Notes: generated by a model not told the origin, from the letters alone. DNA of 64,000 nucleotides from Octopus bimaculoides (GCF_001194135.2 NC_068987.1:14845806-14909805); one strand, 5' to 3'. Shown: positions 26,938 to 39,051, counted from the stretch's first letter. A program made the numbers and translations.

Positions 26938-27110
26938 ATATTATTTACATTTTACGGATATTTGTCCCCATCTTGTTTGTTGCTAACACAACGTTTCGGT
27001 TGATATACCCTCCAGCCTTCATTAGGTGCCTTGAGGAAATTTTGAACCTGCTGGTTTCTCATTCCTATGGTATTTTTCTATGTTGGTGTTATTATTATTA
27101 TTATTGTTAT
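26938..27110 (-). mobile_element. Hammerhead-bearing SINE family, headless 3' half
   Basis: Close match to 49590-49740: ggatatttgtccccatcttgtttgttgctaacacaacgtttcggttgatataccctccagccttcattaggtg. Confidence 0.85.
26985..27030 (-). ncRNA. Minimal type I hammerhead ribozyme relic (core G5A, probably inactive)
   Basis: Minus strand GGCAC CTAATGA A GGCTG gagggtatat CAACC GAA ACGT T GTGTT. Confidence 0.7.
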
Positions 27111-27149
27111 TATTATTATTATTATTATTAGGCGATTCCAGACAGTGGA

Positions 27150-27233
<84 letters not shown>

Positions 27234-27751
27234 TAATAATAATAATATATTCGGACTGAACCCGAATATTTGTGGTTACAAATAGAGTTTATTATCCACA
27301 CAGGCATGTTTGTGATTTGTTTATGGAATTTTCTCAGTCTTTTGCTCTTTTTTATGGACTCAATAAATTTTCGATAATATTTTCAGTTTTATTAAAAAAA
27401 GTTTTTTTTTAAATAATTTTAAAGGAAATATTTTCGGAAAGGTACTAAAACATAAATATCTGGACTATGAAAGGTAAAACGTTACTTAGTACATTGCAAA
27501 AATATTAGAAATGATGAATGAAAATAACTGTAAATATATCAAATTAACAACGCATATAAAATTCCCAACGGGTATAAAATAAACGAAGGTATGATAGTAA
27601 AATTCAAATATCGGTGCCATAAAGACTTCAGAATATATATTATAGAGGATAGTGTTGAGAAAATGAAGAATTGACTGTTTGGTTGTATAATAAGCAATAT
27701 TATAAACATTTAGTATTTATACATTCTTATTGCAGTGCTCAGTGTAAAGGG

Positions 27752-27892
27752 TAAAGAGCCTATTCGGTCATGTCTGACCATAGAATTGCCCTCAGAAAGT
27801 CCGAGGCATAAATCTGGGTAAGGTTGTTTATGAAAGACCAACAGTCGCTTATGCATGCCAATTTCTCCTATCCACGCCACTGGTATTGTCCA
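27752..27892 (-). mobile_element. SINE tail type E fragment
   Basis: Similar to 37005-37150 and 48186-48320 (ttcggtcatg..tgacca...ggttgtttatgaaagaccaacagtcgc..atgcat). Confidence 0.7.
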
Positions 27893-27919
27893 ATATATAT
27901 ATATATAAAGATAAGCATA

Positions 27920-27956
27920 TAAAAAGGGGTCCGTGGGAAAAGATTGGGAACCACTG
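27920..27956. mobile_element. One terminus of a hAT (Charlie-like) non-autonomous element
   Basis: ...ggtccgtgggaaaagattgggaaccactg; reverse complement CAGTGGTTCCCAATCTT resembles common hAT TIRs; partner end not found. Confidence 0.5.
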
Positions 27957-27960
27957 ACTT

Positions 27961-28437
27961 GGAGGAAGGGGACAGAGGAGGCGAGGCCTTGAATCTCCTT
28001 TTCCATCGCCCATATGGAATGTTTGGGATCGATGTATGACGGGGATCGCTCGTACTACAAATGGTTTAGAAGCCTGCCACAGCGCGCTGAAAAACACTGA
28101 ATATTCGTCATCCGAATATTTGGAAACTTACTGATGTGATTAAATGTGAGGAAAGGTTTGCCTGTACGAAATTGCAGAAGTTTATGCAAGGAGAAGAACC
28201 AAGCCCAAAGAAAAAATACAAAGCGATGAACCTGCGTATAAAAAATGACATGGAAAAATATAATCCAAACCCCAAAATTATTTTTTCTATAAGTAATTGC
28301 GTACAATCTTAAATTTTAAGAAGAAATAAATATGTAATAGAGCGACGAATTGGCTGATGACGAATTGGCCCGGGGCCGAATTAACTGGGGACAAATTAAA
28401 CGATGACAAATTGCCGTCGACGAATTGACCGGACGCC
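27961..28437 (+). mobile_element. Mutator/MULE transposon right end: transposase C-terminus plus subterminal 15-bp repeats
   Basis: GGRGQRRR...PIWNVWDRCMTGIARTTNGLEACHSALK /frameshift/ HPNIWKLTDVIKCEE...PKKKYKAMNLRI resembles the MULE WN...RTNN.LEGWH...HPNIWK motif; about six gacgaattg-type units at 28342-28437. Confidence 0.8.
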
Positions 28438-28629
28438 AAAATATATAAAACCCAACGATTGTAAGGGGATAGTTGGAATCAACTTGTCTCTAACGTCTAA
28501 TATTCCTATTAAGCTGTGCAAACGGAGGTATTTGCAACACTGTACAGCCCTTTAAATTCTGAACTTCACCAGCAATAATTGAACGAGGGGCATCACGACA
28601 TGAAATAGACTTTATATATATACATACAC

Positions 28630-28797
28630 ACACACACGGTAGGCTAGGCTTCTTTACGTTTTCATCCATTAGATCCACTCTTAAGAGGTTTTGATGAACC
28701 TGACGCCATAATAGAAGACACTTTCCCAAAGTGCCGCGCACAATGGGACTAAAACCGAAAGCATGTGATTGAGAAGCAAACTTTTTGTCACACAACT
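28630..28797 (-). mobile_element. SINE family C head, diverged
   Basis: tagaagacactttcccaaagtgccgcgcacaatgggactaaaaccgaaagcatgtgattgagaagcaaac. Confidence 0.7.
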
Positions 28798-29302
28798 AAC
28801 AGCTTTATTTGTGTTATACAATCTGTGTTTGCGTGCAAATACTATTTGCAAACTAAGAGATAGTATGGCATATGGATTACTAACATATCAAAACATGTTT
28901 GTTTGTGGGTGATAATTGTCATACATCCATTTTTACTGGCTTTGAGCGTGAGCGTTATCTTATTGATACTCGTTATCGAATGCTTCGTTTGTTGCTTATA
29001 CAAATTCATCCGTTTTACGCCATGATGTGTATAGTATAAGCATTTGACAATTAGATATAATAACAGATTATTTCCACCGATGATATCATATATATTGTAC
29101 CATATTCTGATACCTTTATCGTTCTCATAGGGCACTGAAAAAGGATTTCGTATACAATAAACACAACAGCATACAACAAAGCAAAAAACCTCCAAGAATG
29201 TGCTTTCACTTGATGGAGATACCAGAAAATTTTCCTCTAAATCATACCCTAGCGTTTAAAAGAAATGGAAGGACATTGGATAATGTGGTCTTAGATATCT
29301 AT

Positions 29303-29401
29303 TAAGGGGACGACCTCGTCACAGTTGGAAAGTTTTTGACTATTGATTTTTCTCCTTCAGGGTCAATCTAGGACTAAGGAACAGCGACACAGAGATACAA
29401 A

Positions 29402-29446
<45 letters not shown>

Positions 29447-29661
29447 GTCTGTCTATCTGTCTATCTGTCTATCTATCTACCTGCGTATGTATGTATATAT
29501 ACATATATACACACACATATACATATATGTATATATATCTGTACCAATGTTATAAGCATACTTAATATATATATATATATATATATATAGAACAATAATG
29601 TAACGTTATATATATATATATATGCATACATACATATATATATAGAGAGAGGGAGATATGC

Positions 29662-29738
<77 letters not shown>

Positions 29739-29907
29739 TTTGTTTGTGTGTGTGTGTGAATGTATGTTCACTTTTATACATATATTCAAGAACGAAGGAA
29801 TGATATTGTAAGGGGACGACCTCGTCACAGTTGGAAAGTTTTTGACTATTGATTTTTCTCCTTCAGGGTCAATCTAGGACTAAGGAACAGCGACACAGAG
29901 ATACAAA

Positions 29908-29950
<43 letters not shown>
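29303..29950 (+). repeat. Direct repeat pair, about 140 bp, 506-bp period (29303 and 29809)
   Basis: taaggggacgacctcgtcacagttgg...gacacagagatacaaatatctatc appears identical at both positions. Confidence 0.9.
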
Positions 29951-29992
<42 letters not shown>

Positions 29993-31390
29993 GTCTGTCT
30001 ATGGGAGAAGCTTTATTATTATTTGATTCTTTAAAAATTTTCTGTTCTCGTTTTGACAATGGAGAAGCAATCAGAACCACCAGAGTGTCAACTAAAGGAT
30101 GCTCAATGTGGTTGCACTAGCCAGCAAAAGATAGCTACCAAATACCCCTCCAATCACACCTTACTATCTGAACAAGCAATAGACTGTTAATAATTGTTAT
30201 AATTAACCATTATGTATTCTAATGATTATTCAAACAAATTTTGTTATTCTATAAATACACATTATAAATAAAGGACTGTTAGAATGATAAAAAGAAAAAA
30301 ACAATCTATAAGAAACGAACTGGCAAAGGTACTTCCGACGAGAAAACAAATAATAATAATGAATGTAAAAACGAAAAGACTACAATTTGAGACTCCCAGA
30401 TATGATTGAAGGGTATTGATGCGCACTAATGAAGATACACATTTGCTCGGAATGGAATTTACACACCACATATAATCTCACTTAACAGCTATGAGACACA
30501 TTTTAAATTTTCATTGATTCACGATCTATGAGATGATAAGATGCTCCTAGTGCTTCTGAAATAGCAACCGTTGTGCCTGGAGGAAATATTGATATCGTTT
30601 TTACATAAACTTGATTAAGATTTGTAAAGAATGAGCCAACTGAAACGAGATTACGATATATTACCATTACTTCTTTTTGTTGCTCTCTTTTCTTCCCGAG
30701 TGAAAAGAAATATTACGCCATAATGCTCATAGTTGGCTATAACAACAAGAAGAAGAAAAAGTAATTTGCAAATAAACTCTTTTATAGCCGAAACATTTCA
30801 AAGATTAAGAAATGTTTCTGTTGGGGAAAAGCTTTCTAAAAGTACATTGTCGATAACTACTACAAAGTAAAGGAAGGATGCAATAAGTTTGGGGGGGAAA
30901 AATCGCCGGTAACTAAAAGCAGAATAAACTCAGGACTTGACAGATCAAATGCAAAGTAAAATGCCAAAATGGCCATAACATTTTCTTTTTATCTGTTATG
31001 CTGTAGTTTATTAAAGTAGTTAGGTTCTACAAAAATGTCCCATGCTGCTGTTGATTTTAATGCAAAAGTTATCAACGTATTTGGTCGAGAATGAGCCACG
31101 AGAATATGGTTACATGTAATGAAGACAATGCACACATTTATCCAATTATCTCAAAACAACAGAGCTGCAGCAGAGTACACGAGAGTATATATATTATATA
31201 TATATATATAAGCAGAATTCACAAAAAACAACAGACGAAGACAAGTGGTGTGTGCCTGCGCCTATGGTGACGTTTTTACCTTTAAATTATTATTCCATGC
31301 TTCAATGAATTCCACATGATGATGCTTAACAATAATTTTACAGCCAAGTGACATTCTATGCACACACACATACACACAAACACACACACA

Positions 31391-31892
31391 CATGACAGAA
31401 GTAAATAGATACCCTTATAATCATTCAAATTTATTTAAAACTGAAATTATGCATTCAAATTATGTATTAGTTGTTATAATGGAAATATTTACTATCTAGT
31501 AGACATGCGCTTTGCATTTTGCAATGCAAGGACTCTGTTAAGCATGTTACTGATCAGATGACGAATATTCTCCTGCGGAATTTCTTGCCAAGTTTCATGC
31601 AGTAATCTCAAAAGTTCTGGCTTTGGAGATGCTTTCCTGTTCTTTTTATGAAATGTCCTGTCCATTATGTCCTAGGGGTGTTTAATAGGGTTCGTATCTG
31701 GTGACTGGCTTGGCCATGGAAGATTTTTAATGCCATTTTCATCCAGCAAATATTGGGCTATTGGCTGCAATCTTTTCACATCAAATTCTTGATCACAGAA
31801 TCGGCCTCTTTGAAATTCAGACAGTTCCAAGGCTTCTTTTGTACATGGCATGGTTAAACAATCACATATAGAACCTGAAACATAAAAATGTC
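31391..31892 (-). mobile_element. Tc1-type transposon, internally deleted
   Basis: ATG at 31851: MPCTKEALELSEFQRGR fused in frame to ...LDENGIKNLPWPSQSPDTNPIKHP*...ETWQEIPQENIRHLISNMLNRV...STR* (ends 31492); Tc1 WPxQSPDLNPIE motif with E replaced by K. Confidence 0.9.
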
Positions 31893-31902
31893 NNNNNNNN
31901 NN

Positions 31903-32233
31903 CGATGCATAGTTGAATCCGATATACTGCGAGCAGGGGAGCGAACCCCTACCACATTCTAGCGACGGGACCAGCAGTGCAGCCTGTCTTTGGACTATTT
32001 CTGCCTCTCTTCAGTGCTGGACACCTCGTCTGCTAGAGATGGCAGTAGCTCGCTTCTTCTCGCAAAAGGCTAGTTCTAAAATCTCTCTGAGATCAATACA
32101 GTAGTTGTACTAACAAATAATGATCGTAGCCACTTCAACAAGGCAGAAATAGGCTGGTCTGCTGGACCCGTCGCCAGAAGGCGGAATGGGTTCACTCCCC
32201 TGTTCGCAATATAACGGATACAGCTGTGCATCG
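31903..32233. mobile_element. Fold-back / MITE-like element with about 100-bp imperfect inverted arms
   Basis: 31903-32006 versus reverse complement of 32141-32233, roughly 80% identical by eye; the left boundary falls in a 10-N gap. Confidence 0.7.
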
Positions 32234-32338
32234 TTAACCAGCTAGCGGAGATGTCCTCTTAGGGTTAAAAAATCGCAGTAAAGTCCGTTCAAACAGAACA
32301 GCCGTGTTGAAGTGGCTACGAACATTACTTTTATGTGT

Positions 32339-32382
<44 letters not shown>

Positions 32383-32672
32383 GTCTGTGTCTGTGTCTGT
32401 GTCTGTGTGTGTATGTGTGTGTGTTTATGTGTTCGTATATATATATATATATATATATAAGTAATGTTATAATATCGACTGTGATCGCAAAGAAATCTGC
32501 TTCTAACCTTGTTTTCTGAGAAAGTGCGTACCTCTNNNNNNNNNNNNNNNNNNNNNNNNNNNNNNNNNNNNNNNNNNNNNNNNNNNNNNNNNNNNNNNNN
32601 NNNNNNNNNNNNNNNNNNNNNNNNNNNNNNNNNNNNNNNNNNNNNNNNNNNNNNNNNNNNNNNNNNNNNNNN

Positions 32673-32729
<57 letters not shown>

Positions 32730-32950
32730 TTTTCCTTTATGCTTTTCTTGATGAGATTCAGATTACAACTCCAGTTATATTTTTCTATTTGTAAATTATG
32801 ATCGTCCGATAAAACATAACCATTATTCATTCATATATACGCTTAGTAAAGAGCGATGCGGGTGGTGGCGCAAGTTCTTTGTTCGTATCCATTCCGAATT
32901 GATTATTTTCGATAATAAGCTGAGCGTATATCATATAATCAATAAAATTT

Positions 32951-33021
<71 letters not shown>

Positions 33022-33359
33022 TATCATTATTATTATTATTATTATTTTATGTTTGACTTTTGTTTTGCATTTGTACAAGTTGGATCCAAGTCTCACCCAG
33101 AGACCTCAAGAGACAAGTTAGAAGTTCATGTAGGTGTTATGCCTAGGGTACCATATATTTGTATTTGTACAGTTTTGTTCAAGTGAATGTTTAAGAAACC
33201 ATAAGAAAATTATGTGTTTGCTTTAAAATTTGAGATCCCATAGACAGTATTTTACGTAGGATATCATCATCATCATCATCATTATTATTAAATAAAATCT
33301 GAAAAGTTTAATTACTAATCATTATTGCATCAGTACATTATTATTATTAATTATGATAT

Positions 33360-33650
33360 GAGGGCGCTTGGTTTAGTGGTTAGTGTGCTTAACTTACCTT
33401 CGCGAGAGCGTGCGTTTGATTCTCGGATCGGGTGTTGTGTTGTGCTCTCTTGAGCAAAACGCTTTGCTACGTAATAACTTCGATATCCAGCGTGTGGCGC
33501 ACTGAGTCCCTGTACGACGAATGTCAGTTCGATGCAGGGATGGAGATTTATGTGCAGCAGAAATATTTGATCATCGCTATAAGCAAATCATCTGTGCAGA
33601 TTGTTCAGCAAGAAATAGCAGAAGCGTCTTCCTTGTACACAGGAGACTAT
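33360..33650 (+). mobile_element. tRNA-headed SINE (B-like head, different tail), diverged
   Basis: gggcgcttggtttagtggttagtgtg...gtttgattctcgg...tgtgctctcttgagcaaaacgcttt. Confidence 0.65.
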
Positions 33651-33656
33651 CAATAA

Positions 33657-34005
33657 TGTGTGTGTGTGCATGTGCGTATATGTATGTGTGCATCTGTGTC
33701 TGTTTGCGCGTAAGTGCATGTGAGTGCGTGCGTGTCTGTGTGTGTGCGTGTGCGTGTGTATGGATGTGCGTGTGAACGTGTGTCAGTGTGTGTATGTGTG
33801 AGTGCATGTGTGTGCGCGTGTGTGCGTGTGAGTGCGTTTATGTGTGCGCGTGTGGGGGTATTAGTGAATGTGTGTGTGTGTGTGTGCGTACGTCTGTGCG
33901 TGCGTGCGTGTGTCTGTGTGTGTGTCCATGTGTGAGTTCATGTGAGTGCGTGTGTGCGTGTGTATGTGTGTGTGTGTGCATGTGTGAGTTCATGTGTGTG
34001 CGTTG
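33657..34005. repeat. Degenerate (TG/CG)n alternating purine-pyrimidine tract
   Basis: Read directly. Confidence 0.9.
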
Positions 34006-34429
34006 GCAGTGCACTTTCTACATTATTTACTAAGGTTAAGCAATGTGCTCGACGATAATCAATGGGTTAGATAGGTGCTGATGAAGGGGTAAAGCCCCCT
34101 AAAATATGGTATGTACGTCCACTACCTGTTTTCGTCTTCGATCACATTGTTTGTTTACATCTGGCGTCTCGGTACGTAATAAAAATCAGTGCTGGTTGTA
34201 GTTTGTATAGATTGTCTATAGAGATATCATTAATGATACAGTGTTTTGGTTTGGAATTGTTTTATGTTTTCTTTTCTTTATTTTATCCAGAAAGTACGTG
34301 AGGTAAAATGTGTACAGCTGTTAGTAACGTTGCTCTCTGTGTGTTGCGTGGTTCGTGAGGAATTTTGATATTTGTGCTTCATTCATGTGCTTTTTTTGTT
34401 TTGTTTTGTTTTCCTCTAATGTAGGCGAT

Positions 34430-34455
34430 TGATAATTATGAGGATAATTTCATCC

Positions 34456-34500
<45 letters not shown>

Positions 34501-34910
34501 CCATCGTCATTATCATCATCATCGTCATCATCATCATCGTCATCATCATCATGTATCATCATCATCGCTTTCGTTGTCGTCCTCCTCTTCCTCCCCTCTT
34601 CTCCTCCGCCTCCTCATCTTCTGATCTTCTTCACCACCACCACCACCACAACCACCACCACCACCACCAACACCACCACCACCACAACTACCACCACCAC
34701 CACCACCATCGCCACCACCAGCATCATTTCATCGTCGTTGTCATCATCGTCAACGTCGTCATCATCATCATCATCGTCACCTCCCATTAGCATCATCACA
34801 AATATTTCATCGTCTTCATAAATAATGAATAAATATCAACATTTGTTATTATCACCGTCATCATCCTTATTATTGCTGCTAATTTTGCTTCTATAATAAT
34901 AATAATAATG

Positions 34911-34941
<31 letters not shown>

Positions 34942-34964
34942 TAATAATAATAATAATAATAATA

Positions 34965-35032
<68 letters not shown>

Positions 35033-35100
35033 CATCATAGTCATGATCATCAACATCAACATCATCCTCGTCCTCATCATAACCGTCAACATCACTACAT
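34430..35100. repeat. (CAT)n, (CAC)n, (AAT)n-(ATT)n trinucleotide field
   Basis: Read directly. Confidence 0.95.
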
Positions 35101-36257
35101 TTTTCACCCATGTTTAATTTTCTGGATGAGAGAACAAGTTGCTCTGTTTACATCAGTTTTCATTGAAATGTTCTCTCTATGTTCCGCTTTGTTTTATTTT
35201 GTTGCTGCTGTATTCCCCCCCTCTCTCTCTCTGCCCCCTCTCTCTCTCTCTCTCTGCCCCCTCTCTCTCTNNNNNNNNNNNNNNNNNNNNNNNNNNNNNN
35301 NNNNNNNNNNNNNNNNNNNNNNNNNNNNNNNNNNNNNNNNNNNNNNNNNNNNNNNNNNNNNNNNNNNNNNNNNNNNNNNNNNNNNNNNNNNNNNNNNNNN
35401 NNNNNNNNNNNNNNNNNNNNNNNNNNNNNNNNNNNNNNNNNNNNNNNNNNNNNNNNNNNNNNNNNNNNNNNNNNNNNNNNNNNNNNNNNNNNNNNNNNNN
35501 NNNNNNNNNNNNNNNNNNNNNNNNNNNNNNNNNNNNNNNNNNNNNNNNNNNNNNNNNNNNNNNNNNNNNNNNNNNNNNNNNNNNNNNNNNNNNNNNNNNN
35601 NNNNNNNNNNNNNNNNNNNNNNNNNNNNNNNNNNNNNNNNNNNNNNNNNNNNNNNNNNNNNNNNNNNNNNNNNNNNNNNNNNNNNNNNNNNNNNNNNNNN
35701 NNNNNNNNNNNNNNNNNNNNNNNNNNNNNNNNNNNNNNNNNNNNNNNNNNNNNNNNNNNNNNNNNNNNNNNNNNNNNNNNNNNNNNNNNNNNNNNNNNNN
35801 NNNNNNNNNNNNNNNNNNNNNNNNNNNNNNNNNNNNNNNNNNNNNNNNNNNNNNNNNNNNNNNNNNNNNNNNNNNNNNNNNNNNNNNNNNNNNNNNNNNN
35901 NNNNNNNNNNNNNNNNNNNNNNNNNNNNNNNNNNNNNNNNNNNNNNNNNNNNNNNNNNNNNNNNNNNNNNNNNNNNNNNNNNNNNNNNNNNNNNNNNNNN
36001 NNNNNNNNNNNNNNNNNNNNNNNNNNNNNNNNNNNNNNNNNNNNNNNNNNNNNNNNNNNNNNNNNNNNNNNNNNNNNNNNNNNNNNNNNNNNNNNNNNNN
36101 NNNNNNNNNNNNNNNNNNNNNNNNNNNNNNNNNNNNNNNNNNNNNNNNNNNNNNNNNNNNNNNNNNNNNNNNNNNNNNNNNNNNNNNNNNNNNNNNNNNN
36201 NNNNNNNNNNNNNNNNNNNNNNNNNNNNNNNNNNNNNNNNNNNNNNNNNNNNNNNNN

Positions 36258-36297
<40 letters not shown>

Positions 36298-36484
36298 GTA
36301 TAAAAAATATGCACACACACTTCTCATTGTTCAGGTGTTTTGGTCAATTATTTTATTAACACAGCCATTCTTGTGCGGCTTAGAATTTAGTTTCGTAGCA
36401 GAGAGGTTCAAGGCTTAGCCCACCATCCGGTATCTTGAGTAAGTTTAATGGAAACTGCGCGGAAGCCTACTGTCAGAAAACTTC

Positions 36485-36720
36485 AGATGGTCAATAACAT
36501 AAATAACCAGAGTAATCTATACTAGACCCACGGTCGTTGTACTGGTTCTTATTTTAAAGGATATGCTCTTGCAAACTCTACAGGAACAGGAGTTAACCAC
36601 AAAATACCTTAGAAACCTGTCTTGAGAATACGGATTTAAGAAAATCAGAAAAGACATGACTAATTAGAAGGTTACAAGCCATGGGTAGAACTATAAAAAT
36701 ATAGACATACCAACGTATGC
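36485..36720 (+). mobile_element. REL non-LTR retrotransposon fragment (same family as 37440-38870), internally deleted
   Basis: SYFKGYALA /frameshift/ QEQELTTKYLRN joined closely to LIRRLQAMGRTIKI*TY, i.e. the pre-zinc-finger segment next to the ORF C-terminus. Confidence 0.65.
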
Positions 36721-37004
36721 ATACAAAAATGTGAAGTCAAGACGTACTAATTTATTCAAACAATGACATATACAGGCAAAGTAGGAATTTTAAAAATGCG
36801 TTATACATACGTGTACCTGGGAATACATACTTATTTACATACAAACGTACATAAATGCACACATTCACATACAATTATACAAATATACAACAAAAGAAAA
36901 AGAGAAAGAAATTATATCTCATTGCTCAAGTTTGACACATTTTGAAAATGAGTTTAAATTTGTACTTTGCAATAAGAGGAAAAAATAACGAATTCATAAA
37001 ATAA

Positions 37005-37336
37005 AAGGGTAAAGACTCCCTTTGGTTATGAATGACCGTGGGATTGCACCTAAAAAGTTACACTCCGTGGCTCAAATCCGGGTTAGGTTGTTTATGAAAG
37101 ACTAGCTATCACCTATGCATACTAGCCTCCCCTCTACACGCCACCTATGTTATTCAAAGGAAAAGCAAAGGCCGATACAACTTGAGACCAGTGACGTCAC
37201 AACTCATTTCAACAGCTGAGTGAACTGGAGCAACGTGAAATAAAAGCGTCTCGCTCAAAAACACAATACATAGCGCGATCTAGGAATCGAACTAACTCCC
37301 TCATGATTGAGAGCCCGACGCTCTAACCACTGAGCC
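37005..37336 (-). mobile_element. SINE, B head plus tail type E
   Basis: Reverse complement of the 52919-53250 layout; ends ...gctctaaccactgagcc. Confidence 0.85.
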
Positions 37337-37439
37337 GACACCCGAATAATGCAACAAATATAACAAAATATGTACTGTACGTATAATGTATAAGATGATT
37401 ATACATTATACTTAATGAACAACAACTGGTCAATCGATT

Positions 37440-38870
37440 AATATTTCTGAAGAGTAGAGAAGATACATTCAAGATAAATCATAGCCAACAACAATTACAT
37501 CAGTGCCATGCCCTTAGGAATCCTTCTCCTGACCCCAATATTTGGCCTTCTGAACTGGACACAGCAGATGTCTAAGTGAGATGGACCAAAGAACTTAATC
37601 TTTTTTATTTCAGTGTCAAATGGAACGTAGACTGATTATATTTCCCACACAACGAAAAGAGCTTTGACCTTAAATCTATTGTAATATGATATGAAACCTG
37701 TTGCAAGTTGCAGAATGGTTAGCACTCCGGACAAAATGCTTAATGGCTGTTCGTCCGTCTTCCCGTTCTGAATTCAAATTCCGCCGTGGTCGACTTTGCT
37801 TTTCATTCTTTCGGGGTCGATAAAATAAGTACCAGTTGAGTACTGGAGTCCACGTAATAGACTTCCTCCCTTCGCCGAAATTACTGCCTATGTGCCAAAA
37901 GTTGAAATCAATATATGAAACCCAACAGAGAATTTCCTGAAGAGAACAAAAGTTTACCGATTATCTTGCTCAAGTTTTCAAAAACCAAACTGAAAACATC
38001 ATTAGGATGTCTAATGAAATTGGGAAGGAATATGAAATTAAAGAACAAAAAAAAATGTCACTGACCTTTCTCCCATGGAGTATTTAGAAACCCTACTTAA
38101 CGCTGCATCGGGGGAAAAAAACTGATATGGTTGTAAATGGGTGCTTGAAATGAAAAATACTAGCCATAAAGAGAATTAACCTGCTAAAAGCCTGGCATGG
38201 AGTAACGACAGGTTTATAACATCTTTATTTGAAGATCATCTCTATGTAACCTAGGAGCGAGAATCTCATCAAGCGTCTTCTATAAAAGAAAACAATACAT
38301 CAGCTGACAACAAAATGTTGGCAATGCCAAATAAAAACTGAATACGTTTGTCATATGACTGCAAAATGTTAGAGAATGTCCCAGGGATTAATACTTTTCC
38401 ACGGCGAATAATGCACTCGATCGAGCAATCAGGAATAAAATAAGATACTAAAGGAAAACATATAGCAAACAATAAAAACGATCACAGTGAGACTCATCGA
38501 TCAAAAGAATATTGGTGAAATCCGAAGTTAAAACTGCGAATATAACGAGGCACAGCCGATTTGATATTGCTATTTTGGGGAATGAAAACCTATAAAGCAT
38601 GCGCCATTGTAAAAGTCAGCTGCCTATATGACGTCAATGTAGATACACATTTGAAAGAAACAGGCAATTATGAACCATTAATGGGGAGATAACAAATCCA
38701 ATACCAAAAATATATATTTAATGTTATAACCGTTATCGACGGGATCAAAATATGATTAAATTTGAAATTTTAGATAAAAAAATGTAATGCCATAATTCAT
38801 ACGGTACCAGATAAAAATCAGGAGGGCCTTCATAAGTTTAAAGGGTGAAAGATTGCTGTGAAACAAAGTA
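37440..38870 (+). mobile_element. REL-endonuclease non-LTR retrotransposon relic (R2/R4/NeSL supergroup), 3' part of ORF
   Basis: In order, with stops and frameshifts: LLLTPIFGLLNWT, NVD*LYFPHNE, KSIVI*YET, SLAWSNDRFITSLFED, CWQCQIKTEYVCHMTAKC (Cx2Cx8Hx4C), KTANITRHSRFDIAIL, CAIVKVSCLYDVNV...NYEPLM, IKIRRAF. Confidence 0.8.
37699..37912 (+). mobile_element. SINE family A nested in the REL LINE, 10-bp TSD
   Basis: ATATGAAACC at 37689-37698 and 37913-37922; family A body in between. Confidence 0.85.
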
Positions 38871-39051
38871 AAGAACAATACATTTTTTTTCTTTTCGATT
38901 ATCATAATTATTATTATCAAGTGAAACAAAGCCATTAAATAATGTCAAGCCTCTATCAGATGTGGATAATGTATGCTGCAGAAGGAGATATAATGAGACG
39001 ATGTGATCTACCCGGAAAACCGATTTACTTTATCAGTAACAGGAGGCGGGA

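Noticed and set aside
28342-28437. Regularly spaced short repeats here, and at 9791 and 44107, considered as CRISPR-like arrays
   Set aside because: No unique spacers, eukaryotic context and no cas genes.
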